64,000 bases of DNA from Trichormus sp. ATA11-4-KO1 (GTDB lineage: Bacteria > Cyanobacteriota > Cyanobacteriia > Cyanobacteriales > Nostocaceae). The DNA is taken from assembly GCA_019358915.1 (NCBI GenBank), contig JAHHIM010000014.1, positions 37,574 to 101,573 on the forward strand, in the 5' to 3' direction. A program made the translations under genes and the position numbers. How positions within the stretch are numbered: the stretch's first letter is position 1; every line of letters starts with the position of its first letter. Below are positions 50,247 through 59,771 of the stretch, piece by piece. Under the pieces are notes generated by a model. That model was given only the letters and a program-made list of their open reading frames with translations, was not told the DNA's origin and made no database searches.

Positions 50247-50687
50247 TTAGCTATACTGAATTTGATTAGTTGCCCTGTCATATTGAGTAGTCAAAATCAA
50301 CTTTTTGTCCGGCCCATATACCAAAACAGTTAAGTTTTGCTCGGGAAAGTTTTTCCGAAAACCTTGAACTAGGGATTTTGCTAAAGGTCGCACCTCATTA
50401 GGACGAACTTGAGGCGAGATCACAACACCTAGCTTATTGTTATCGCGAACATACGCATCTTTAACTAATCCCTGAGATTTTTCTACAACCCAGTTACCAA
50501 AACTTTGTCCAGATGGGGTATTACCTCGCTCTAATTCTGCATAAGTTACATCACGACCAATTGCTGGTGGGGTAGCTGTGCGGTCAACTTGTGAGACAGT
50601 ACCGCCGCCACAAGCAGTAGTGATAGTTAGCACCAAAATTAGAATGAAAGCTGTCGCAATTTTGCGACTCTGCTCAAGCAGAATCAT
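50247..50687 (-). CDS. Hypothetical lipoprotein
   Basis: Signal peptide ending ITTAC (lipobox-like). Confidence 0.72.
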   Translation of the reverse strand: MILLEQSRKIATAFILILVLTITTACGGGTVSQVDRTATPPAIGRDVTYAELERGNTPSGQSFGNWVVEKSQGLVKDAYVRDNNKLGVVISPQVRPNEVRPLAKSLVQGFRKNFPEQNLTVLVYGPDKKLILTTQYDRATNQIQYS

Positions 50688-50998
50688 TGTTCATCTCCTG
50701 TAGCAAAACAGTTGCAAATTTAGTGGTTTGATTCACATGAATAAAATGCATTGTTATGAGTAAGCTCCCGAAACCACAAAAATTCAATTTAAGTTACTAA
50801 GTTTTTGTTAGTTTTAGAATTAAGCAATATTTAAAAGCTCCTACTCCCTAAAGTCAGAAACAACCCCTAAATCCCTTTATTGATTAGGGATAAAAGGGTT
50901 AAACCGAGGTTTTATTCACTTGTTATCTTTTCAAAAGAAGATTCACGTCAATTAAATCTCTAAAACTTTTGCAAAGATACAATTATTATTTAAGCTGA

Positions 50999-51181
50999 TT
51001 AATCAAGCTTTTTCTTCACATTATCCTTCACATCTTCGACAGCGTGACGAACTTCACTTTCGGCTTGTTTGGCTTTACCTTCAGTTTTATCTTCTGGATC
51101 GCCAGTAACATTACCCAATGCTTCTTGAGCCTTTCCTTCAATATTTTTAGCAGTGGCTTTAGCCCGATCTTCTATACTCAT
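50999..51181 (-). CDS. csbD: CsbD family general stress protein
   Basis: IEGKAQEALGNVTGD...EGKAKQ. Confidence 0.85.
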   Translation of the reverse strand: MSIEDRAKATAKNIEGKAQEALGNVTGDPEDKTEGKAKQAESEVRHAVEDVKDNVKKKLD

Positions 51182-51466
51182 TTTACACTCCTAATTTGAT
51201 AAAGAATTAACTTCAAAGTTGTAAATTAACTTTGAATTTCTTTGTTATTACCTTTACAAGTTAGCTTAAAGTTTTTACTAAAGCCTTCCGCCGTAAGACA
51301 CATTAATTATCTATGTAAAAAGAGAGAGAACAAAAATAAGTTGAATATTTTATTTCATGAATGTTGAAAAAATAATCATGCCAGACTATTGAATATTAAT
51401 TATCTCAATAAAAAACCCGGTTCTTGGAGAACCGGGATAGTGCAGATATGGCAATAATTTTTGGAA

Positions 51467-51934
51467 CTAATCTAGAAAACCCATGAGAGTTTCAGATTCG
51501 TCAGTAATATTTGATGCCATTGGACGATTACCGAACACTGAATAGCTTTCGGAAATTACTAATGAACTCGAACCAATAGGACGTATTCCAGATAGGTTGA
51601 TACTATCAACAACTTCAAAGGTATGCGCGCCAATAGGACGAATTCCCATGACGTTCATTGTTTTAACTACTTCTAAACTGCTAGTACCAATGGGACGTAT
51701 TCCCGAAATTGAGACTGTCCCTGCAATTTGCAAATCACTGCTAGCAATTGGACGGACTCCAGCTACGGCCAGCTTGCCATTCTCTTTATGCACTGGTAGG
51801 TCAGTACCTTGTTCGACTTTATCTGTATTCAAGCTCTTATCCTGGTTATTTTCAACATCCACTGTAGTTTCCCCCTTCAGCTTGGTATCTTTTTGTCGAG
51901 AACTAACCACTTTACCAGTGCTGCTAATACTCAT
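51467..51934 (-). CDS. Hypothetical protein with 19-aa G(I/V)RPI repeats
   Basis: Five GxRP(I/M) motifs spaced 19 aa apart. Confidence 0.75.
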   Translation of the reverse strand: MSISSTGKVVSSRQKDTKLKGETTVDVENNQDKSLNTDKVEQGTDLPVHKENGKLAVAGVRPIASSDLQIAGTVSISGIRPIGTSSLEVVKTMNVMGIRPIGAHTFEVVDSINLSGIRPIGSSSLVISESYSVFGNRPMASNITDESETLMGFLD

Positions 51935-52183
51935 AAACGGACACCTCTGATTTATTAACTGAATTTTACAATAATTAAGGAAAACTGAAATTTTTCCTAT
52001 ATAAGAGAGTTTAACCTTAAAAAACCTTGTATATATATAAGTATCTTCAAATCTGTTACATAAGTAAATTTGAATAGTAAATTTTTGTAAAAAAATATTT
52101 CTGTTTATCAGTTTGATGATCCAGGCTCAGCAGGGGCGAAGCAGGATCGCTACCATGAGATAGGGTATTTCCAACAAAACTGT

Positions 52184-54181
52184 ATGACAGCATTTTGTCT
52201 TCAAGCTCCCTTTAGTCCGACAGGCGATCAACCACGTGCGATCGCTCAACTAGCTGCAAGTATTCAAACTGGCAACCGTTATCAAACTTTACTAGGAGCT
52301 ACGGGAACAGGCAAGACATTTTCCATAGCAGCAGTAATTGAGAAAATTGGTAAGCCTACATTGGTATTAGCCCATAATAAAACCCTCGCGGCACAACTTT
52401 GTAACGAGTTGCGGGAATTCTTTCCTCATAACGCAGTTGAGTATTTTGTTAGCTACTACGATTACTATCAACCGGAAGCGTATATTCCGGTTAGCGATAC
52501 CTATATTGAAAAAACAGCTGCGATTAATGATGAAATAGATATGTTACGGCATTCAGCCACGCGATCGCTGTTTGAACGTCGTGATGTGATTGTGGTAGCT
52601 TCCATTAGCTGCATTTACGGTTTGGGAATCCCAGCAGAATACCTGAAAGCTGCCATCCCCCTAAAGATAGGTATGGAAGTAAATCAACGCCAAATCTTAC
52701 GAGATTTGGCATCAGTGCAGTATAGCCGCAACGACATAGAAATGGGTCGGGGACGTTTTCGTGTCCGGGGTGATGTCTTAGAAATTGGCCCAGCCTACGA
52801 AGACCGAATCATTCGTGTCGAATTCTTTGGTGATGAAATTGACGCGATTCGTTATATTGACCCGGTGACAGGTGAAATTATCCGCAGTCTGGAAGCAGTG
52901 AATGTCTACCCAGCGCGCCACTTTGTCACCCCAGAGGAACGGTTAGAGGTAGCTTGTGATGACATTGCTACCGAATTAAGGCAGCAAAAAGCCGAATTAG
53001 AGCAAGCTGGGAAATTATTAGAAGCACAACGCATAGACCAGCGTACACGCTATGACTTGGAAATGTTGCGTGAAGTCGGTTACTGCAACGGTGTAGAAAA
53101 CTACTCTCGCCATTTAGCAGGACGACAAGCAGGAGAACCACCAGAGTGTTTAATCGATTATTTTCCTAAAGATTGGCTACTAGTAATAGATGAATCTCAC
53201 GTTACTGTACCGCAAATTCGCGCTATGTATAACGGTGACCAAGCTAGAAAAAAAGTTTTAATTGAGCATGGATTTCGTTTGCCTAGTGCTGCTGATAACC
53301 GACCGTTAAAAGCAGAAGAATTCTGGGAAAAAGTCAACCAGTGTATTTTTGTTTCCGCTACACCAGGAAATTGGGAATTAGAAATATCTCAAGATCATAT
53401 TGTTGAGCAAGTAATTCGACCCACTGGAGTAATTGATCCAGAAATTTTTGTGCGTCCCACAGAAGGACAAATCGATGATTTATTAGGGGAAATAAAAGAC
53501 AGAGTTGATCGCCAAGAACGAGTATTAATCACCACATTAACCAAGCGCATGGCAGAAGATTTAACCGAATATCTGCAAGACAACAGCATTCAAGTCAGAT
53601 ATTTACATTCAGAGATTAATTCCATTGAGCGCATTGAGATTTTGCAGGATTTGCGCGGAGGAAAATTTGATGTTTTGGTGGGGGTGAACTTGCTGCGGGA
53701 AGGCTTAGACTTACCAGAAGTTTCCCTAGTGGCAATTATGGACGCAGATAAAGAAGGGTTCTTGCGTGCCGAGCGTTCCTTAATTCAAACTATTGGCAGA
53801 GCGGCGCGTCACATCCGGGGACAAGCAATTTTGTATGCTGATAATCTTACAGATAGCATGATTAAAGCCATTGATGAAACCGACAGACGGCGAGGAATTC
53901 AGATGGCGTATAACCGGATGCATGGAATTACACCCCAACCGATTGTGAAAAAATCGAGTAACGCGATTTTGTCTTTTTTAGAAGTATCACGGCGACTGAA
54001 TGCTAATGATTTAAAAGTTGTCGATGAACACATAGACGAACTGCCTTTAGAACAGATTCCAGAGTTGATTGCCAAGCTGGAAGAACAGATGAAAGCAGCA
54101 GCGAAAAACCTAGAATTTGAAGAGGCGGCAAAATTCCGCGATCGCATTAAGCATTTACGAGATAAAATGCTGGGACGTTAA
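52184..54181 (+). CDS. uvrB: Excinuclease ABC subunit B
   Basis: [41 protein letters not shown]-terminal UVR motif. Confidence 0.98.
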   Translation: MTAFCLQAPFSPTGDQPRAIAQLAASIQTGNRYQTLLGATGTGKTFSIAAVIEKIGKPTLVLAHNKTLAAQLCNELREFFPHNAVEYFVSYYDYYQPEAYIPVSDTYIEKTAAINDEIDMLRHSATRSLFERRDVIVVASISCIYGLGIPAEYLKAAIPLKIGMEVNQRQILRDLASVQYSRNDIEMGRGRFRVRGDVLEIGPAYEDRIIRVEFFGDEIDAIRYIDPVTGEIIRSLEAVNVYPARHFVTPEERLEVACDDIATELRQQKAELEQAGKLLEAQRIDQRTRYDLEMLREVGYCNGVENYSRHLAGRQAGEPPECLIDYFPKDWLLVIDESHVTVPQIRAMYNGDQARKKVLIEHGFRLPSAADNRPLKAEEFWEKVNQCIFVSATPGNWELEISQDHIVEQVIRPTGVIDPEIFVRPTEGQIDDLLGEIKDRVDRQERVLITTLTKRMAEDLTEYLQDNSIQVRYLHSEINSIERIEILQDLRGGKFDVLVGVNLLREGLDLPEVSLVAIMDADKEGFLRAERSLIQTIGRAARHIRGQAILYADNLTDSMIKAIDETDRRRGIQMAYNRMHGITPQPIVKKSSNAILSFLEVSRRLNANDLKVVDEHIDELPLEQIPELIAKLEEQMKAAAKNLEFEEAAKFRDRIKHLRDKMLGR

Positions 54182-54503
54182 TGCTTGGTTAGGTTGGCTG
54201 TTCTATTAACGAATTCATATTTTATCAGCCTAAAATTTTACAAGAACTAGAATTTGTGCATTAATTACTTTTCTCTTAGGAGCGATCGCCTTGGTTTTAG
54301 GTGCATATATTTTGCAGTTATTCACTCCTACACATTCCTTTAACTTCTCCAACTTCAATAAGTTATTTTTGAACCACTAAGACACAAAAAAAATACATTA
54401 CACCTTGAAAGGGGTAGTCCTATATTTATAGGTTTTATTTAGAGGCGATCGCATACCCAATTTAAGGCAGAACAGCATAAATACATTAGCCAACTATATT
54501 CCC

Positions 54504-54593
54504 AATACTTTTCGGTTAAGGAGTGTAGAGACGTTCCATGGAACGTCTCTACAAGGGTTTTTGGCTCACGAATTTGCTTAACCGAGTAGTATT
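54504..54593. mobile_element. MITE-like Nostocales element
   Basis: Inverted ends AATACTTTTCGGTTAAG / CTTAACCGAGTAGTATT enclose the perfect 30-bp palindrome TGTAGAGACGTTCCATGGAACGTCTCTACA (54524-54553). Confidence 0.65.
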
Positions 54594-54692
54594 AACTATA
54601 CTCCTTCATGAAATTTTCAAGAAGTTCAACGGGTAATAGGATGATTTTTAGTTAAGCTGTAAGCTCTATAATCGGAGTTTATTAAGTACGTT

Positions 54693-55523
54693 ATGCACTG
54701 GTTGTTATCTGGGCCGTTGAGTATAGAGAGATTAACGGTTAAGATTGCGGGTTTGCCTGCATCGTTACGAGGTAAAAAGTTGGTGCAGATGTCAGACTTT
54801 CACTATGATGGTTTGCGACTGTCAGAAGCAATGTTAGAAAAGGCGATCGCTGCTAGCAACCAATTACAACCAGATTTAGTTCTCTTGACTGGTGATTATA
54901 TAACCACAAACCCAGAACCTATTCACCAGCTAGCCTTACGACTCAAACATCTACAAAGTCAAGCTGGCATTTATGCTGTACTGGGTAATCATGATATACA
55001 TTGCAGACACTCAAGAAGTGAAATTACTAAATCCCTAACTAGCATCGGGATTCATGTCCTGTGGAATGAAATTGCTTATCCTTTGGGAAAAGAATTCCCA
55101 TTGGTAGGACTAGCAGATCGTTACTCACTGGAATATCATCCTGCATCAGTGATGAACCAACTCGACCCTGACACACCCCGAATTGTTTTATCTCACAACC
55201 CTGATACTGCGGAATTCTTGCAAGCGTGGCGAGTTGATTTGCAATTATCTGGTCATACTCACGGAGGTCAAATTGTGTTTCCAGGATTAGGGCCTATGCT
55301 ACTGTGTCATCAAAAGATTGTACAAAAGATACCTATGAAAGTACGGTATCGCTTTCCCTTTCTACGAAGAAACTATTTTGTCATTCGCCATTGGGAATGG
55401 GCACAGGGTTTACACCAAATAGGAAATAATCAGTTATATGTCAATCGTGGTTTGGGAACTTATCTGCCAGGACGCTTATTTTGTCCGCCTGAAGTTACAG
55501 CAATTACCCTCCAAAGTAAATAA
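54693..55523 (+). CDS. Calcineurin-like metallophosphoesterase (YkuE/YaeI-like)
   Basis: SDFH, TGD, GNHD, SHNP, GHTHGGQ, VNRGLG. Confidence 0.9.
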   Translation: MHWLLSGPLSIERLTVKIAGLPASLRGKKLVQMSDFHYDGLRLSEAMLEKAIAASNQLQPDLVLLTGDYITTNPEPIHQLALRLKHLQSQAGIYAVLGNHDIHCRHSRSEITKSLTSIGIHVLWNEIAYPLGKEFPLVGLADRYSLEYHPASVMNQLDPDTPRIVLSHNPDTAEFLQAWRVDLQLSGHTHGGQIVFPGLGPMLLCHQKIVQKIPMKVRYRFPFLRRNYFVIRHWEWAQGLHQIGNNQLYVNRGLGTYLPGRLFCPPEVTAITLQSK

Positions 55524-55610
55524 ATTAGCATTAAGTTTTGGTACTTACCCAAGATACATTTTGATTTTTGATAAGCTGTAAACGCTGGTATGAGGAGTCT
55601 GTGTTGCGCT

Positions 55611-56444
55611 ATGCATTGGTTGTTTACTGGAAGTTTAAGTATAGATAAATTAACGGTTAAGATTGGGGAACTGCCACAATCTTTGCAAGGCACAAAGTTA
55701 GTGCAACTATCAGATTTTCATTACGATGGTTTGCGGCTGTCTGAAGAACTTTTAGCAGAAGCGATCGCTGCGACCAACGAAGCCGAACCCGATTTAATTT
55801 TATTAACCGGCGACTATGTAACTGATGATCCCACACCAATTCATCAACTTGCCTTGCGACTTAAACATCTACAAAGTCGCTGTGGTATTTATGCCGTACT
55901 TGGCAACCATGATATACATTACAGTCACTCCCAGGCAGAAGTTACAAATGCCCTGACTAGCATTGGAGTTCATGTTTTGTGGAATGAAATCGCCTATCCA
56001 CTAGGACGAGAGTTACCAATAGTAGGGCTAGCTGATTATTGGTCACGAGAATTCAACCCTGCACCAGTGATGAATCAACTCAATTCTGGTACACCCCGCA
56101 TTGTGTTATCCCACAACCCAGATACTGCCAAGATACTTGCACAATGGCGAGTTGATTTACAACTATCTGGTCATACCCACGGAGGTCATATTGTTTTACC
56201 AGGGGTCGGCCCTGTTGTTTTTCATTATAAAAAGCTTTTGAAACAAATTCCCAAAAAAATGCGGCGTTGGGTGCCATTTTTACTAGGAGACTGCTCAAAA
56301 GTAGTGCGATATTGGGAATGGGCACAAGGTTTTCACCACGTATCAAATAATCAGTTATATGTCAATCGCGGCTTAGGAACTTATCGACCAGGACGCTTAT
56401 TTTGTCCACCTGAAGTTACTGTAATTACGTTAGTTAGTGAATAG
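55611..56444 (+). CDS. Calcineurin-like metallophosphoesterase, tandem paralog
   Basis: Same motifs; MHWL start at 55611 matches the upstream paralog. Confidence 0.9.
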   Translation: MHWLFTGSLSIDKLTVKIGELPQSLQGTKLVQLSDFHYDGLRLSEELLAEAIAATNEAEPDLILLTGDYVTDDPTPIHQLALRLKHLQSRCGIYAVLGNHDIHYSHSQAEVTNALTSIGVHVLWNEIAYPLGRELPIVGLADYWSREFNPAPVMNQLNSGTPRIVLSHNPDTAKILAQWRVDLQLSGHTHGGHIVLPGVGPVVFHYKKLLKQIPKKMRRWVPFLLGDCSKVVRYWEWAQGFHHVSNNQLYVNRGLGTYRPGRLFCPPEVTVITLVSE

Positions 56445-56649
56445 TTTATTTGTTATATCAAATTTGTTTTACTTAAAACTATAAACCGCTTTGTACCTTG
56501 TTTTTAATTTAGCATCCTTGTGCTCCTGGTAAAAGGCATGTTTACTACAGTTGATCACCATTAATGTATCGCAATAATTTGGAAAATTTTCTTAATAAGA
56601 AATCCACTTAATACCTACAGTCATCAAGGCTGGGAGTATCAAAGCCGCC

Positions 56650-56850
56650 TTTGGCAGCAAGGCAGGAGGCATTCGGCAGAAGGCATTCGGGAAACCTCTT
56701 CCCTTCATGGGAGAGGTTTGTATAAGGACGCATCTTTTCTCGTGCTACGCATCTGGCAAAGAATATTTTGATTTTTTTTGCCCACAAGGAGCAAGGTTTG
56801 TACCTTTTCTTCCTTCTGCCCTCTGCCCTCTGCCCTCTGCCTTTCTTCTT
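56650..56850. repeat. Nostocales iterated element with (CCTCTGC)n / GCAGAAGG arms
   Basis: GGCAGGAGGC/GGCAGAAGGC at the left, CCTTCTGCCCTCTGCCCTCTGCCCTCTGCC at the right, internal AAACCTCT...AGAGGTTT hairpin. Confidence 0.55.
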
Positions 56851-56980
56851 ATCAAATGGGATAAGAGGATGTTTTAAAAGTTTTGGGTGAATATATATAG
56901 CAACCCACAGATGCCGTAGGCTGTACGCTCTTATACAAACAAAGTCCGCCTGGTATTGTGATGAGTACAAAGATGATCCT

Positions 56981-57790
56981 TTATTTCTTTGCTTCCGTCA
57001 CTAATGTCAGACTAACCCATTCGCCTTTATCGTTGTAACTACGAATCATGCGTTGGCGCAGATGAGGTTGAATTAACCAACCTACTTCTAAAAATAAGGG
57101 TTGACGCAACTGTACTTGTAATGGAGATGTTACAGAAGCACCATCAGGTAAGAGTAATACTTGTATCGGTTTTTGAGGATTTTGGTCAAAGTTAATCATG
57201 GGACCTTGAATAATCCCAGTTGAAGTAATTGTATTTTCGCCAAAACTCAAACTTTGAATTAATCGGCCAGTATCATCAAGTTGTAATTTTAAATTTGTCG
57301 AGTAATTATCAGAAGAACGCCAATCTGGATATATGGTCACAGCTTCACCTTGCCATTCTCCCAACAAGTCATCTATTTGTAAGGTTGGGCGTTCTACTCG
57401 TTCAGTTCCGGCTAAATGTTCGCAAATTAAAGTTATCTTATCTAACTGACCATTTTTATTAAATAACTGAACTAGACGTAGGCGGCGATTTTCATGAATT
57501 AAACCGAGTTCAGCTCCAAATTCTGTAAATGGCGCTAGCTGAATTGAACCTTGGGAAAAAGCACCATTGGCGAAAAACAAGGTACTACGTGAAACGGAAC
57601 TGTATTCTAAAACTAAATCTGCCTGACCTTGGCGGCTGACAATCTGGCGGATAGTTTGGTTATTATTTAACCCTGCCAAGGAAACCATACTCTGAATATC
57701 TTCTAAGAGTGTCCCTTGGGGTGAGAATCGGGTGAATGAACCTTGCCATTCACCAAGATTTTGCAGCAAGGATTCCCACTGAGATGCCAT
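56981..57790 (-). CDS. DUF3598-like conserved cyanobacterial protein
   Basis: QWESLLQNLGEWQGSF and a second LLGEWQG lipocalin-like half. Confidence 0.75.
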   Translation of the reverse strand: MASQWESLLQNLGEWQGSFTRFSPQGTLLEDIQSMVSLAGLNNNQTIRQIVSRQGQADLVLEYSSVSRSTLFFANGAFSQGSIQLAPFTEFGAELGLIHENRRLRLVQLFNKNGQLDKITLICEHLAGTERVERPTLQIDDLLGEWQGEAVTIYPDWRSSDNYSTNLKLQLDDTGRLIQSLSFGENTITSTGIIQGPMINFDQNPQKPIQVLLLPDGASVTSPLQVQLRQPLFLEVGWLIQPHLRQRMIRSYNDKGEWVSLTLVTEAKK

Positions 57791-57815
57791 AAACTAAGTC
57801 CTGATTGCAGTAATC

Positions 57816-58718
57816 TTAACTTTTAGCAAACCGCCGCACAGCAAATAAGCTTCCCATTAATCCTACCATTGCACCGAAACTTAAAAGAATTAAAGGTAAT
57901 AGTAAAATTTGCGCGGGAGTCAGTTGTAAACCGTTGGTAATAAATTGAATAAATTCAGGCTGATTAGCTAGCAAACTGCCGAGAAACTGTTGAATTACAG
58001 CAATAAAACTCCAAGCGACCGCACCACCAACTAAACCAAAGGTGATTCCCTGTAAAATAAACGGCAGATAAATCCAAGCAGATGTTGCACCTACTAGTTG
58101 CATAATTTCAATTTCCCGCCGGCGCGCCATGACAATCAAGCGAATGGTGGTGGTAGTCACCGCGATCGCAGTTACAGTCAGAATAATTGTAATTGTCAAA
58201 GTCATCCAGTTCAAACCCCGATGCAACTGGGCAATGCGTTTCACTGCTTCATCGATATATTGCACTGTTTCCACACCCCGCAATTTAGCTAGTTGGGTGG
58301 CTAAAGTTGGTACAGCTTGAGAATTACGAGCTTTCACCTTCATCTCATCAACTAAAGGATTATTCCCTAGTTGTTGAGTTGCACCATCAATATCGGAGAT
58401 ACCTAGTTCCTTAACTAACTTAGTCCAAGCTTGCTCTTTAGTAATAATTTGCATTGCCACCACTTCCGGCATTTTCGCCACAAATGGCTCAATAGTTTGG
58501 GCTGGTGTATCTGGCTCGAGATAAACTGAGACTTCTAGCTGACTACCAAACTGATTGAGCAGTTTTTCTACTTGCCAGGAAGTTTGCAGACTCAAGCCAA
58601 ATAAAAATAATAATACTGTGACGGTACTTATAGCTGCCCAATTCATCCACCCGCCACGCAGCAAACCGAGGAAAGTTTCTTTGAGCAGATAGTCAAGTTT
58701 CGTGAAAAATTTAAACAC
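57816..58718 (-). CDS. ftsX: FtsX-like permease
   Basis: 4-TM architecture, TIRLIVMARRREIEIMQLVGAT..IYLPFILQG. Confidence 0.88.
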   Translation of the reverse strand: MFKFFTKLDYLLKETFLGLLRGGWMNWAAISTVTVLLFLFGLSLQTSWQVEKLLNQFGSQLEVSVYLEPDTPAQTIEPFVAKMPEVVAMQIITKEQAWTKLVKELGISDIDGATQQLGNNPLVDEMKVKARNSQAVPTLATQLAKLRGVETVQYIDEAVKRIAQLHRGLNWMTLTITIILTVTAIAVTTTTIRLIVMARRREIEIMQLVGATSAWIYLPFILQGITFGLVGGAVAWSFIAVIQQFLGSLLANQPEFIQFITNGLQLTPAQILLLPLILLSFGAMVGLMGSLFAVRRFAKS

Positions 58719-58931
58719 AGATCGCCCCAATATCTCAATTACGTTAATAATCGTTATACTCGACAGTTGAAGAAGGGAGTAGAAAATGAGGAGTAAGAGG
58801 CAGAGCAGGATGCAGGGGGGAATACTTGAGGTTGCTAATTGCGAATTACGAATTGGAGTGACAACAAGGGTCTAACTGAGATTGGTAGAATTGATTTAGT
58901 AGGAATTTTCACAAACTAGCCATTGATCATC

Positions 58932-59495
58932 ATGCCTTCTGAAATTGCTGTTGAGAAGAAAAAATTAAAAAATCCGCCTTTGACACTTCACTATCTAGGC
59001 GATCGCGTGCTGCGTCAAGATGCAAAGCGAATTACTAAAGTAGACGATGAAATCCGTCAGATGGTACGCGAAATGCTGCAAACTATGTACAGCAGCGATG
59101 GCATTGGTTTGGCTGCGCCTCAAGTGGGAATTCACAAACAACTAATTGTCATCGACTGCGAACCAGATAACGCTGCTAATCCGCCACTGGTATTGATTAA
59201 CCCCACGATTAAACAGGTAAGCCGCGAAGTCTGCGTTGCTCAAGAAGGATGTTTGAGCATTCCTGGAGTCTATTTAGATGTCAAACGTCCTGAAGCTGTG
59301 GAAATTGCTTATAAGGATGAATCCGGCCGTCCCCGGACTTTAAAAGCTAACGACTTACTGGCACGCTGCATTCAGCACGAAATGGATCACCTCAAGGGGG
59401 TGGTATTTGTTGACCGCGTGGAAAACTCCTTGACTTTAGCCCAGGAGCTATCTAAAAATGGCTTCTCGTATCAAGCCGTGAAACCAGTAGTATAG
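58932..59495 (+). CDS. def: Peptide deformylase
   Basis: GIGLAAPQVG, EGCLS, QHEMDHL. Confidence 0.97.
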   Translation: MPSEIAVEKKKLKNPPLTLHYLGDRVLRQDAKRITKVDDEIRQMVREMLQTMYSSDGIGLAAPQVGIHKQLIVIDCEPDNAANPPLVLINPTIKQVSREVCVAQEGCLSIPGVYLDVKRPEAVEIAYKDESGRPRTLKANDLLARCIQHEMDHLKGVVFVDRVENSLTLAQELSKNGFSYQAVKPVV

Positions 59496-59505
59496 GGGAC
59501 TAATA

Positions 59506-59709
59506 GTGTATTTAACTCCAAAAAGCGGTTTATTTCTGGGTGGTTCTTGCGTAACAGCGATCGCCGCCGTCGGTTCAGTGTTTGAACTTAGTTCTGGACA
59601 GCCGGATTTGGGCGTTCAGGTAACGGCAATTATCCTAGGATTGAGCATTCCCCTCACCGGATTATTTTTCTTTGCCGCAGTGAGGGACGCACGGGCTAAC
59701 ATTAAATAA
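59506..59709 (+). CDS. Small two-TM conserved protein
   Basis: 67 aa, two hydrophobic helices, directly after def. Confidence 0.7.
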   Translation: MYLTPKSGLFLGGSCVTAIAAVGSVFELSSGQPDLGVQVTAIILGLSIPLTGLFFFAAVRDARANIK

Positions 59710-59771
59710 GCATCAGGTACATAAAAAGGTAAAGGGATGAAAGAAAGAGGCAAAATTCATCTTTTTACCTT

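Noticed and set aside
56608..56970. 120-aa minus-strand ORF
   Set aside because: It is made of repeat-derived sequence (GRGQRAEGRR from heptamers), so it is probably spurious
57816..58718. ftsX without an adjacent ftsE
   Set aside because: Unlinked ftsE and ftsX appear to be usual in cyanobacteria; nothing in the sequence suggests a disruption
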